Below, one piece after another: positions 1-9,570 of a stretch of DNA of 41,251 nucleotides. Numbering within the stretch: the first letter of the stretch is position 1; each line of letters starts with the position of its first letter. This stretch comes from a virus (Duplodnaviria; Heunggongvirae; Uroviricota; Caudoviricetes): IMG/VR virus record IMGVR_UViG_2869976549_000005. One strand, given 5' to 3'. The notes below the pieces were generated by a model. The model saw only the letters and a program-made list of their open reading frames with translations, did not search any database and was not told where the DNA came from. A program made the position numbers and the translations under genes.

Positions 1-393
1 ATGGACGAACAGTGGGGCTATGTCGGGGCTAAATCGCGCCAGCGCTGGCTGTTTTACGCGTATGACAGTCTCCGGAAGACGGTTGTTGCGCACGTATTCG
101 GTGAACGCACTATGGCGACGCTGGGGCGTCTTATGAGCCTGCTGTCACCCTTTGACGTGGTGATATGGATGACGGATGGCTGGCCGCTGTATGAATCCCG
201 CCTGAAGGGAAAGCTGCACGTAATCAGCAAGCGATATACGCAGCGAATTGAGCGGCATAACCTGAATCTGAGGCAGCACCTGGCACGGCTGGGACGGAAG
301 TCGCTGTCGTTCTCAAAATCGGTGGAGCTGCATGACAAAGTCATCGGGCATTATCTGAACATAAAACACTATCAATAAGTTGGAGTCATTACC
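1..393 (+). mobile_element. insB: IS1, partial (3' 393 bp; window starts inside the element); contains InsB C-terminal coding part 1-378
   Basis: Positions 1-393 are identical to 40352-40744 of the complete IS1 copy; ends with the IS1 terminus ...GGAGTCATTACC; ORF 1-378 is the InsB C-terminal 125 aa. Confidence 0.9.
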
Positions 394-510
394 CGATATC
401 CTGCTGAGAACATAAACACCCACGGATCGAGGCGTACGCTATCATGTTGCTGTGCACCGCCCAGTTTATAATTGGCGATGGTATCGATATCCATGTACCA
501 CACTGACATG
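394..510 (-). pseudogene. 5' fragment of an unidentified gene whose reading frame runs into the IS1 end (truncated by IS1 insertion)
   Basis: ATG at 510 (minus) opens frame MSVWYMDIDTIANYKLGGAQQHDSVRLDPWVFMF... that continues uninterrupted into IS1 at 393. Confidence 0.3.
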
Positions 511-696
511 TTTTAAAAAATGCAATAAGACATTGTATCTGAAAGAAAAAACAGGATTTTAAGGCGCTTTTTTATACCGTTTTCCGTGTTTTTAACTGCC
601 TGATTTTATTGAAATCTTTTTTAGTTTTGCAGAAAGGATTTTTTGCTCGATCGCTTTAATTTTATACATTCCTGATAACGGAAATTTTTTTGCCCG

Positions 697-726
697 TTGA
701 CAGTTTTTGTTCTCCGGGGCTATATT
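697..726 (+). promoter_or_regulatory. sigma70-type promoter candidate (TTGACA - 18 bp - TATATT) driving the Rha-family gene leader
   Basis: Exact -35 TTGACA at 697-702 and -10 TATATT at 721-726, embedded in AT-rich intergenic DNA. Confidence 0.5.
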
Positions 727-786
727 CCTCACACAACCGCAAAATCGGTTGTCGGGATTGGCGTCTCGGATAACATCACAACGCAT

Positions 787-808
787 AGCCGCGTTTGCGG
801 TTTTTTTT
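787..808 (+). terminator. intrinsic terminator / attenuator in the leader (hairpin CCGCGTTTGCGG + T8)
   Basis: GC hairpin at 789-800 followed by TTTTTTTT at 801-808, ~70 nt downstream of the predicted start; preceded by a second hairpin CAACCGcaaaatCGGTTG at 734-751. Confidence 0.45.
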
Positions 809-968
809 GCGTTAAGCATTGCCACATTCGCATTATGGTGGGGCGTGCAGGGGCGGAGAAATCCGCGCCGGGTTTTGTGATGACCGGTTACGCCAACCCT
901 GTACGTCTCACCACCTCCCTGATTGGCGTCAGAGGTGGTGATCATCCAATTAATTGGAGTCATCACAT

Positions 969-1526
969 ATGAATACAGCTATAACTTTTTCTAACGAGTC
1001 ACCAAAAGTCTTTTTCAAAGATGGTCGCCTGGTTACCACCTCTCAAGCTGTTGCCGACTACTTCGATAAACAACATAAACACGTTTTAGCTAAGATTGAC
1101 ACACTCGACTGCTCTCCCGAATTTACATCAGCCAACTTTTCGGCCGATGTTCAGACTGTCGAAATTGGCAACGGCGCAGAACGTGAATCACGATGCTACC
1201 TGATCACAAAAGACGGCTTCATGTTCCTCGTAATGGGATTTACTGGCAAAAAAGCAGCCAGACTAAAAGAAGCTTACATTGAAAAATTTAACGCAATGGA
1301 AGAAGAACTCCACAAACGTCCTCCTGCAGCACAAAACTCCCCCGCCCCAAATAATGGATGCGCATTACTGATCCACTTCGATAAACACGGTCAGGTCGAG
1401 TTCACAGAAAAAGTCCCCGCCGATGCGATGGTATGCACTCTGGAACGGTTTAAATTTTATCTGGAGCAACATGGGTGGATCGTTGCCCGTAAAGAACAAT
1501 TGGTGGAAAGGTTGATGCGGTTTTAA
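969..1526 (+). CDS. Rha-family phage regulatory protein (antirepressor-like), 185 aa
   Basis: N-terminus TSQAVADYFDKQHKHVLAKI matches the Rha-domain signature; GGAG RBS 9 nt upstream of ATG 969; 12-bp palindrome CCAATTAATTGG (947-958) overlaps the RBS region. Confidence 0.7.
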   Translation: MNTAITFSNESPKVFFKDGRLVTTSQAVADYFDKQHKHVLAKIDTLDCSPEFTSANFSADVQTVEIGNGAERESRCYLITKDGFMFLVMGFTGKKAARLKEAYIEKFNAMEEELHKRPPAAQNSPAPNNGCALLIHFDKHGQVEFTEKVPADAMVCTLERFKFYLEQHGWIVARKEQLVERLMRF

Positions 1527-1652
1527 TGAATGCAAAACCCCGGATGATCACCGAGGTTAATTTTATCGAGCGTGATTGCCGCTAATCGCCATCGCTCTGA
1601 TTGAGCGTAAATCATTCAGGTTATTCAGTTCTTCCTTCTGCTCTCGCTGACG

Positions 1653-1799
1653 TCAATAAATCCCATCATTGCGATCAACCTCATCCTTAACCATTGATGC
1701 GAGCAGTTCTTCCAGTTTCTGCGCTGACAGCTTTACCTGGTGATCTTCAGCATCTTCCCGGGCTATTGTGGTTCGCGCAGTGGCTGATTTTGCTGACAT
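1653..1799 (-). CDS. hypothetical small protein (48 aa, MSAKSATARTTIAREDAEDHQVKLSAQKLEELL...)
   Basis: Short ORF between the Rha-family gene and the Tfa remnant; weak RBS; no recognisable family. Confidence 0.2.
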   Translation of the reverse strand: MSAKSATARTTIAREDAEDHQVKLSAQKLEELLASMVKDEVDRNDGIY

Positions 1800-1887
1800 C
1801 ACCACAGGGGGCAGACGGACCATTGAACCATGGCCTCCGGAACAAATAAGGGCAAAAATAACAACCACTATCGAAAGCTCACAAACT

Positions 1888-2020
1888 AACCGCAGCACGT
1901 TCCTGCATACGACGTGTCTGCGGCATAATCCCAATGATTACTCCCTGACAGGATTTGCAGGCCACTCAATATCAGGTGCAGTTGATGTATCAACACGATT
2001 CAACAATACCCGATATTTAT
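1888..2020. repeat. direct repeat copy 1 (~130 bp; tfa 3' end plus hairpin), flanks the methyltransferase gene
   Basis: Near-identical to 2948-3078; begins with inverted repeat CCGCAGCACGT...ACGTG(T)CTGCGG. Confidence 0.8.
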
Positions 2021-2157
2021 TCCATGCCTCCAGCAACGATCTTTCTTCCTCCGTTGCGATTTCCAGATCTACAGCATCCTGCAGTGGCGCAATATACTCA
2101 CTAAATTCCTGGATGTAGAACTGTGTGGTGACGGTCTTCCAGCCATTCGGCTCCTGC
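1930..2157 (-). pseudogene. tfa: tail fibre assembly protein (Tfa) C-terminal remnant
   Basis: Minus-strand frame encodes ...[50 protein letters not shown], the conserved Tfa C-terminus; no N-terminal part upstream. Confidence 0.6.
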
Positions 2158-2275
2158 TGTATCGAAGCATACTAGGCTATTTCAATATCGCTATGCTGCG
2201 GCAGCATTTAACCCCTTGTAATTCATCGCCATAATTGATTTAATTCACAAATAAAACTATAACATGGTGAAATCA

Positions 2276-2932
2276 ATGAAAACAAACACAGATGATGGGG
2301 CTAAAATTTACACACCACTTACCCTAAAGCTTTATGACTGGTGGGTTTTGGGAGTATCAAATCGGCTTGCATGGGGATGTCCTACAAAGGAACACCTTCT
2401 TCCACACTTTCTGGAACATTTAGGTAACAACCATCTGGATATTGGTGTTGGAACTGGGTTTTACCTTACTCACGTACCTGAGAGTAGTCTGATATCTTTA
2501 ATGGATTTGAACGAAGCTAGCCTGAACGCGGCATCTACAAGGGCTGGGGAATCAAAAATTAAACATAAAATTAGCCATGATGTTTTTGAACCTTATCCCG
2601 CGGCGTTACATGGTCAATTTGATTCCATTTCCATGTTTTACCTTCTTCACTGCCTGCCTGGAAATATATCTACAAAAAGCTGTGTAATACGCAATGCGGC
2701 GCAGGCCTTAACTGACGATGGAACTCTATACGGAGCCACAATTCTTGGCGATGGAGTTGTGCACAATAGCTTCGGTCAAAAACTGATGCGCATTTACAAT
2801 CAGAAAGGCATCTTTTCAAACACAAAAGATTCCGAAGAAGGCTTAACACATATACTCTCAGAGCATTTCGAGAATGTTAAAACCAGGGTTCAAGGTACTG
2901 TAGTAATGTTTTCCGCTTCAGGGAAAAAATAG
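2276..2932 (+). CDS. class I SAM-dependent methyltransferase, small (218 aa), AT-rich cargo gene
   Basis: Motif I DIGVGTG, acidic post-I LMDLNEA, motif II FDSISMFYLLHCLP; no DPPY/NPPY motif (so probably not a DNA amino-methyltransferase); GGTGA RBS before ATG 2276 (alternative ATG at 2264); hairpin terminator just after the stop. Confidence 0.75.
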   Translation: MKTNTDDGAKIYTPLTLKLYDWWVLGVSNRLAWGCPTKEHLLPHFLEHLGNNHLDIGVGTGFYLTHVPESSLISLMDLNEASLNAASTRAGESKIKHKISHDVFEPYPAALHGQFDSISMFYLLHCLPGNISTKSCVIRNAAQALTDDGTLYGATILGDGVVHNSFGQKLMRIYNQKGIFSNTKDSEEGLTHILSEHFENVKTRVQGTVVMFSASGKK

Positions 2933-2947
2933 CATCCAACCGCAGCA

Positions 2948-3078
2948 CGTTCTTGCTTAAGACGTGCTGCGGCATAATCCCAATGATTACTCCCTGACAG
3001 GGTTCGTAGGCCACTCAATATCAGGTGCAGTTGATGTATCAACACGGTTCAGCAACACCCGATACTTTTTCTAGGCTT
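2948..3078. repeat. direct repeat copy 2 (~130 bp; tfa 3' end plus perfect 11-bp-stem hairpin)
   Basis: CCGCAGCACGT-tcttgcttaag-ACGTGCTGCGG then sequence near-identical to 1888-2020; encodes ...[26 protein letters not shown] on the minus strand. Confidence 0.8.
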
Positions 3079-3079
3079 C

Positions 3080-3337
3080 CACCACCAGCACGACAAGATG
3101 CCGCATACAGTGACCCAGTCAGTCCAGTTTTCAGACAACCAGTGCGTCACCTTTTTGAAGGCGCTTTAAAGCACGTTTTAATCCAGGTCGGCCTGTCCTT
3201 GTTCCGCTTAATTTATCTTCAAATATTTGTTCATATCCTGCACAAACAAGAGCGTTTCGTTGCAGGTCTGTATTCTGGTCATTTGTTGATACCCTTACAT
3301 AGCCAATCAGCACGCTGAATCTCCCGTCCAAAAGCAC
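3080..3337 (-). pseudogene. pin: Pin/Gin/Hin-family DNA invertase (serine recombinase), N-terminal remnant with in-frame stops and 3' truncation
   Basis: MLIGYVRVSTNDQNTDLQRNALVCAGYEQIFEDKLSGTRTGRPGLKRALKRLQKGDALVV, then TGA where the conserved W and R codons should be, then fusion to the Tfa-derived repeat. Confidence 0.8.
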
Positions 3338-3368
3338 AAATCATGCCATGCAGGCCAGAAACCGCCAT

Positions 3369-3394
3369 TATCTAAAACCTCGGTTTACGAGAAC
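3369..3394. other. gix/hix-type inversion crossover site (left)
   Basis: TTATCTAAAACCTCGGTTTACGAGAA resembles the Mu gix / Salmonella hix 26-bp sites; inverted partner at 7551-7576. Confidence 0.7.
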
Positions 3395-4152
3395 TCGGCA
3401 CAAGCGGGGAGAAAATACCGTTACTCAGTACAGCGAATACCTGGACTAATCGACAAACATTCAGCGGTGGCCTTTCTGGTGAACTATCCGGCAATGCTTC
3501 TACAGCTGCAAAATTAAAAACTGCCAGGAAAATAAGCAATGTGGCTTTTGATGGTTCCTCCGATATCACATTAAAAGCAAGTCATGTTGGTGCGTTTGCC
3601 TTAGGGAAAACAGGAAGCACCGTTGCGAATGATAAAGCAGTTGGATGGAACTGGAGTAGCGGAGCCTATAACGCAACTATTAGTGGTGCATCAACGTTAA
3701 TTATTCATTTTTATATGGGAGAAGGAAGTTGTCCTGCAGCTCAGTTTCGGATTAATTATAAAAATGGCGGTATTTTTTATCGTTCAGCCCGTGATGGTTA
3801 TGGTTTTGAAGCCGACTGGTCCGAATTTTACACCACCAGAAAACCTTCAGCAGGAGATGTTGGTGCACTGCCGTTATCTGGTGGTCAACTGAATGGTGCA
3901 CTGGGTATCGGAACATCCAGTGCTCTTGGCGGTAATTCGATTGTATTGGGTGATAATGACACGGGCTTTAAACAAAAAGGCGATGGTAATCTGGATGTTT
4001 ATGCTAATAACGTCCATGTTATGCGCTTTGTCTCCGGAAGCATTCAAAGTAATAAAACCATAAATATTACGGGACGTGTTAATCCCTCGGATTACGGTAA
4101 CTTTGATTCCCGCTATGTGAGAGATGTCAGACTTGGCACACGAGTTGTTTAG
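3376..4152 (+). CDS. alternate (silent-orientation) tail fibre C-terminal variable segment Sv'
   Basis: Open frame starts inside the gix site and reads tail-fibre-like sequence (…GNSIVLGDNDTGFKQKGDG… shared with the stf C-terminal region); followed by its own tfa. Confidence 0.6.
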   Translation, partial: NLGLRELGTSGEKIPLLSTANTWTNRQTFSGGLSGELSGNASTAAKLKTARKISNVAFDGSSDITLKASHVGAFALGKTGSTVANDKAVGWNWSSGAYNATISGASTLIIHFYMGEGSCPAAQFRINYKNGGIFYRSARDGYGFEADWSEFYTTRKPSAGDVGALPLSGGQLNGALGIGTSSALGGNSIVLGDNDTGFKQKGDGNLDVYANNVHVMRFVSGSIQSNKTINITGRVNPSDYGNFDSRYVRDVRLGTRVV

Positions 4153-4304
4153 ACCATGAAGAAAGGCGTGATGTATGAAAAATCAGGCCATGTAATCACG
4201 GGGCTTGGTATTATCGGTGAAGTCGATGGTGATGATCCGGCAGTATTCAGACCAATACAAAAGTTAATTAACGGAACATGGTATAACGTATCGCAGGTAT
4301 AATC

Positions 4305-4838
4305 ATGCAGCATTTAAAAAACATTGTCGCAGGTAATCCAAAAACCGTTGAACAATACCAGCTAACAAAGAATTTTGATGTTATCTGGTTATGGTCCGAA
4401 GATGGAAAAAATTGGCATGAGGAATTAAAAAACTTTCAGGAGGATACAATAAAACTGGCTTACACAGTTGAGGGAATAATTATTGCTATAGACAAGGATG
4501 TATCAGCAATTAATCCAGAAGGTTTAAGTGTCGTTGAGTTGCCTGATATTACAGCAAATCGCCGGGCTGATATTTCGGGCAACTGGATGTTCAAAGATGG
4601 TGCGGTGATAAAGCGAACTTATACCGAGGAAGAGCAAAGGCAACAAGCGGAAAATGAAAAGCAGAGCCTGCTGCAGCTCGTCAGGGATAAAACCCAGCTG
4701 TGGGACTCTCAGCTACAGCTGGGCATCATTTCCGATGAGAATAAACAAAAATTAACCGAGTGGATGCTCTATGCGCAGAAGGTTGAATCCACAGACACCT
4801 CCAGCCTGCCAGTAACGTTTCCCGAACAACCAGAATGA
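4305..4838 (+). CDS. tfa: tail fibre assembly protein (Tfa'), partner of Sv'
   Basis: [21 protein letters not shown]... paralogous to the minus-strand tfa at 4867-5394; typical Tfa size. Confidence 0.8.
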   Translation: MQHLKNIVAGNPKTVEQYQLTKNFDVIWLWSEDGKNWHEELKNFQEDTIKLAYTVEGIIIAIDKDVSAINPEGLSVVELPDITANRRADISGNWMFKDGAVIKRTYTEEEQRQQAENEKQSLLQLVRDKTQLWDSQLQLGIISDENKQKLTEWMLYAQKVESTDTSSLPVTFPEQPE

Positions 4839-4866
4839 GAGAAGGCCCGCTATCGGGCCTTAATTT

Positions 4867-5394
4867 TTATTCAGGCTTTTGTGGCCATTCAGGATTTGCC
4901 GTATCCACACGGCTGACCAGAACACTGTAGCGTTCCCATGCTTCCAGTCGTGTGCGTTCCTCGTCTGTTGCCATATTCAGCCTGACAGCTCGTTCCAGCG
5001 GCTGGATGACTGATTCAGCTTCGGAAAGCAATGCGGCCTTTTGTGATTCGGCCTGTTGTTGCAGTTCCTGTTCTGTATATTCCCTCTTTACTACTTTACC
5101 ATCCAGAAACATCCATTTTCCGTTATTGTCTGCGTGACGATTTGCCGTAATATCAGGAACTTCAACTATGCTTAGCCCTTCAGGATTAATAGTTGAAACG
5201 TCTTTACTGACAGCAACGATGATGTTGTTCTCATCGTAAGCAATTTTTATGGTGTCTGGCTGAAAATTCTTTTGTTCCTCATACCAGTTTTTGCCATCTT
5301 CGCAAAAGAGCCATACCACGCCCGCTTTTTTAGTTAGCTGGTATTGTTCCGGTGTTTTCGGATTCCCGGCCTTAATATTTTTCAGGTGCATCAT
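4867..5394 (-). CDS. tfa: tail fibre assembly protein (Tfa), partner of the currently joined stf C-terminal segment
   Basis: [21 protein letters not shown]...; C-terminus ...[14 protein letters not shown]; start overlaps stf stop. Confidence 0.8.
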   Translation of the reverse strand: MMHLKNIKAGNPKTPEQYQLTKKAGVVWLFCEDGKNWYEEQKNFQPDTIKIAYDENNIIVAVSKDVSTINPEGLSIVEVPDITANRHADNNGKWMFLDGKVVKREYTEQELQQQAESQKAALLSEAESVIQPLERAVRLNMATDEERTRLEAWERYSVLVSRVDTANPEWPQKPE

Positions 5395-5395
5395 C

Positions 5396-5684
5396 TTAAA
5401 CACTCCCCACGTTGTACCATATTCCCCCAATCAATTTCTGAATTGGCCTTCTGGCAACAGTGTCGACAATATCATCCGCATTGCTGTTAATTGCGGCTGT
5501 TAAAACATAACCTGACGCATCGCCAAAGCCGTAGTCGCGCCATACGTTTTTATATTCAATGCTGCCAAGACGAATATCCCGAACGACATGATTATGCAGC
5601 CATGTGCTTAACCAGTTGTTTTCCCACACTGAACCATAAATATCGCCACTAGACGCAACTTGCGCACCACTTCCCAGCGCAAAT
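5396..5684 (-). pseudogene. stf: side tail fibre stf, 3' segment (last ~95 codons) separated from the rest of the gene by IS600
   Basis: Frame is continuous with ORF 6949-9419 once IS600 and one copy of the 3-bp duplication AAT are removed. Confidence 0.7.
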
Positions 5685-5748
5685 TGAGGTAGCCTGAGTT
5701 TAACGGACACTCCTTCCTGAAATAGAATGGCATCAGAAGGAGCTAATA

Positions 5749-6051
5749 ATGAGCAGAAAAACCCAACGTTACTCTAAAGAGTTCAAAGCCGAAGCTGTCA
5801 GAACGGTTCCTGAAAATCAACTTTCGATCAGTGAAGGCGCTTCCCGATTATCTCTTCCTGAAGGCACTTTAGGACAATGGGTTACCGCCGCCAGAAAAGG
5901 GCTCGGTACTCCTGGTTCCCGCACGGTGGCTGAACTGGAATCTGAAATTCTGCAACTGCGTAAGGCGTTAAATGAAGCTCGCCTTGAGCGAGATATATTA
6001 AAAAAAGCAACAGCGTATTTTGCACAGGAGTCGCTGAAAAATACGCGTTAA
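5749..6051 (+). CDS. IS600 OrfA (transposase N-terminal HTH component)
   Basis: MSRKTQRYSKEFKAEAVRTV..., 100 aa. Confidence 0.9.
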   Translation: MSRKTQRYSKEFKAEAVRTVPENQLSISEGASRLSLPEGTLGQWVTAARKGLGTPGSRTVAELESEILQLRKALNEARLERDILKKATAYFAQESLKNTR

Positions 6052-6086
6052 TCGAACAATGGCGACAACAATTTCCCATTGAAGCG

Positions 6087-6905
6087 ATGTGTCAGGTATT
6101 TGGTGTATCCAGGAGCGGTTATTACAACTGGGTACAGCATGAACCCTCAGACAGAAAACAAAGTGATGAGCGGCTAAAACTGGAGATTAAGGTGGCACAT
6201 ATCCGCACTCGCGAAACATATGGAACCCGGCGGCTCCAGACGGAGCTGGCAGAGAATGGCATCATTGTTGGTCGTGACCGACTGGCACGTCTTCGTAAGG
6301 AGCTAAGGCTACGCTGTAAGCAGAAACGCAAGTTCAGAGCGACTACGAACTCGAACCACAATCTGCCAGTTGCGCCAAATCTGCTGAACCAGACGTTCGC
6401 TCCTACAGCACCAAATCAGGTCTGGGTGGCGGACCTGACGTATGTTGCCACACAGGAGGGATGGTTGTACCTCGCTGGCATCAAAGATGTTTATACGTGC
6501 GAAATTGTCGGCTACGCCATGGGAGAGCGCATGACAAAAGAGCTGACAGGTAAAGCCCTGTTTATGGCGCTCAGGAGCCAGCGCCCACCTGCCGGGCTAA
6601 TCCACCACTCTGATCGAGGTTCACAGTACTGCGCATACGATTACCGGGTCATACAGGAGCAGTCTGGTCTGAAAACATCAATGTCGCGTAAAGGTAACTG
6701 TTACGACAACGCTCCGATGGAAAGCTTCTGGGGAACGCTGAAAAATGAGAGCCTGAGCCACTATCGTTTTAATAACCGGGATGAAGCCATCTCAGTAATA
6801 CGGGAATACATTGAGATTTTCTACAATCGTCAGCGTCGTCACTCTCGTCTGGGGAATATCTCCCCGGCAGCCTTCAGGGAAAAATATCATCAGATGGCTG
6901 CTTAA
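6087..6905 (+). CDS. IS600 OrfB (transposase catalytic DDE component; expressed as OrfAB fusion by frameshift)
   Basis: 272-aa ORF with IS3-family integrase-core sequence. Confidence 0.9.
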   Translation: MCQVFGVSRSGYYNWVQHEPSDRKQSDERLKLEIKVAHIRTRETYGTRRLQTELAENGIIVGRDRLARLRKELRLRCKQKRKFRATTNSNHNLPVAPNLLNQTFAPTAPNQVWVADLTYVATQEGWLYLAGIKDVYTCEIVGYAMGERMTKELTGKALFMALRSQRPPAGLIHHSDRGSQYCAYDYRVIQEQSGLKTSMSRKGNCYDNAPMESFWGTLKNESLSHYRFNNRDEAISVIREYIEIFYNRQRRHSRLGNISPAAFREKYHQMAA

Positions 6906-6948
6906 AAAAAGAACAAATGGTAGTGTCCGCTATTGCCAGTACACCTCA

Positions 6949-9419
6949 AATCCCCCATCTGTTTTAAAAATGAAATCACCACCACCATCTGAACCGTTAT
7001 TAATATGAACACCATCACCACCGTTATCTTTCCACAAAAACATACGAATTCTTCCGTCTTCGTTGGCGAATGTAATGTGGTGGCGGTAATTACTTTTTAA
7101 TCTAAAATTGCTGCCATTAGATTCAATATCTTTATAAAGATGTAATCCTAACTCATCAATATGTCCGATGCGCGAACCATTTGAATAGAAGCTAATAATA
7201 CCATCTCCATCTTGCCTAAATCCGGTGTCGTTATCTCCCAGAACAATGGAGTTTTCACCCAGTGCGTTATCAGTAGCTCCAATAGCTAGACCTCCTTTAA
7301 TTTTGGCCCCGTGGCTGACAGATATAGCACCTGTTCTCAGATTTATAGCGAATGGCCTTAATGGGCCGATATTACCGTTTTCGCCTTGTCCTTCAGCCGT
7401 CGGAATGAAATGAAGAAAATCTTCTGAACGACGGAAAATTAGACCGAAGGTATCATTGAAAATTCGCAGCGCATTCACCGTGCCAATTTTCAGTTCTCCG
7501 GTCATTTTATCGCCGGAACGCTGAACGGCGTTACCAGCCTTGTTTACCGTTTCCTGTAAACCGAGGTATTCGATAACGGCAGCAACGGTCGATTTCGCAA
7601 GAATATCCCGCCCGACTTTTGTCAGGGTTGCCAGGCTGGCGACATCATTCCCCGTAAAATACGGAAACTTGCCTGCCGCAGTAGTAAGTCCGGCCAGCGC
7701 CGTCAGGGTGGCATCTTTCGGTTGCTTACCCGCAAGCGCGTTAGTCATGGAGGTCGCAAAATTCGGGTCGTTGCCCAGCGCCGCAGCCAGCTCGTTCAGC
7801 GTGTTCAGTGCATCAGGTGACGAATCTACAAGGGCGGCAATCGCAGCCATAACGAAAGCCGTGCTTGCGATTTGGGTATTATTCGTTCCCTGTCGCGCAG
7901 TTGGTGTTGTTGGCGTTCCGGTCAGTGCAGGACTATTTAAGGGCGCTTTCTTGTTCGTTTCACCCATTACCGCCTTAACCGCTTTTGGCGTTGCCGCCAG
8001 TGACTCGGAAGTGCTGTTGGTCGCACTGCTGAGCTGTACTATCCCCTTTTTCGTCGTGCTCGCATCCTCCAGCGCCACGGCGGATGCAATATCCTCTGCC
8101 CGTTTTGCTGCTGTCTCGGCGCGCGTTGCCGCGGATTCAGCAGCAACTTTGCTCTGAGATGCAGCCGTCGCACTGCCTGCCGCCTCTGATGCTTTCGTTG
8201 TTGCTGTCGTGGCACTACCTTTCGCTGCTGACGCTTGTCTGGTCGCCTCATCTTTTGAAGCAGACGCAGATGATGCCGATGACGCCGCTGAACTGGCTGA
8301 CGATGCGGCTGCTGCCTTAGAGGAAGCAGCATTGTCTGCTGAAGTCTTTGCATTTGTTTCAGAGGTTTTTGCTGCAGAAGCAGACCTCGCTGCTGCAGTG
8401 GCTTGCTCAGTGGCTTTGCCAGCCTTCGTTGTGGCTGTTGAAGCGGATGATGCGGCGCTTTCTGCCGATTTTCCGGCGGCGGTGGCACTGGCTGAGGCCT
8501 GCCCGGCTCTTGTTGACGCGGCACTGGCAGATAATGCAGCCGCTGTTTTTGAACCTGCCGCAGCTGAGGCGCTCTGTCCCGCTGCTGTTTCAGAAGACTT
8601 AGCGTTCGTCTCGGACGTTTTTGCCGCCTTCGCGGAATTTCCTGCCGCCGTTGCCGAGGAAGCTGCACTACTGGCACTTGATGATGCATTCGTTTCTGAA
8701 GATTTCGCTGCCTCTTTTGAGGCCGCCGCACCCCGTGCCGAGGTGGCAGCTTCTGACGCCTTCGTGGTCGCTGTGGATGCAGAAGTGGCTGCCGATTTTT
8801 GTGATGCTGCGGCATTCGTTTCTGACGTTTTCGCGGCACTGGCGCTGGTAGCTGCCGCGCTTTTTGATGACTCTGCAGCAGCACTTTTTGCTGCTTCACG
8901 GGCCTTTGTCGATGCCGTTCCTGCGCTGGAAGACGCTGACTGAGCCGACGACGCGGCCTGTCCGGCTGACGTGCTGGCGGCACGTGCTGAGGCTGCAGCA
9001 TCGGTTGCATGAGTTGCCGCCTCGCTGGCTGATTTTTTCGCGGCTGCCGTATTCTGTGCAACCGCGGAGGCGTTACGTGACACCTCTTCCACCATCTGCT
9101 CAAAGCGGCGCAGTGCCTCCGGTCGGACATCATCCTCCGTCATGGCACCGAGAAAATCATTCAGCGTACCTGGTCTGGAACCTTCATAGACGGTAATGGT
9201 CCCGGCATGTGAAGGCGGAAAACCTTCAACCAGCAGGGTGACGCTGTACTGACCATGCTCAACATCCATGCTGTAACGTCCGGCTTCATCCGGATTTTCA
9301 GAGGCCACCGTGTTCACCACCATCGTGCTGCTGGTTCGTCTGGCCTTCAGCACAATGGTGCAGTTCTGTACTGGTTTTCCTGTGCCATCTTTAAGCACGC
9401 CAGAAATTTTTACTGTCAT
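6949..9419 (-). pseudogene. stf: lambdoid side tail fibre protein Stf, 5' portion (823 codons), interrupted by IS600
   Basis: N-terminus MTVKISGVLKDGTGKPVQNCTIVLKA... typical of Stf; long Ala/Ser/Thr-rich repeat region; ORF stop at 6930 lies inside IS600. Confidence 0.85.
7551..7576. other. gix/hix-type inversion crossover site (right), inside stf at the constant/variable junction
   Basis: TTCCTGTAAACCGAGGTATTCGATAA, inverted relative to 3369-3394 and close to the Mu gix sequence. Confidence 0.7.
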
Positions 9420-9570
9420 ACTTTTCCACCAATAAAAAAAGCCCGCAGCAGTGACGCCACGGGCTTCAGGACAGTGTAACTTTACGTTTCCTCAAACGCA
9501 GTTCACCCCATAAGGTGGATGAACCTGCGTATCATAACAATATTTACAGAAGATAAATCGGCGTCTGTTG

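Larger units (their letters stand above)
5685..6948 (+). mobile_element. IS600 (IS3 family) copy 1, 1264 bp, simple insertion with 3-bp target duplication AAT
   Basis: Ends TGAGGTAGCCTGAGTTTAACGG...TGCCAGTACACCTCA; AAT at 5682-5684 and 6949-6951; OrfA/OrfB recognised as IS600. Confidence 0.95.

Noticed and set aside
592-972. ORFs 592-966 (minus, 124 aa) and 697-972 (plus, 91 aa) in the region upstream of the Rha-family gene
   Set aside because: Both run through the predicted promoter and the hairpin/terminator structures of an AT-rich leader; no RBS; the plus ORF begins at the -35 hexamer
7540-9196. Multiple long ORFs on both strands (for example 8039-9133 minus 364 aa, 8209-8943 plus 244 aa, 7540-8157 plus 205 aa) overlapping the stf gene
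   Set aside because: They lie in the Ala/Ser/Thr-rich repetitive part of stf; their products are low-complexity (poly-Ala/Arg/Pro/Gln) frame shadows of the real tail-fibre frame
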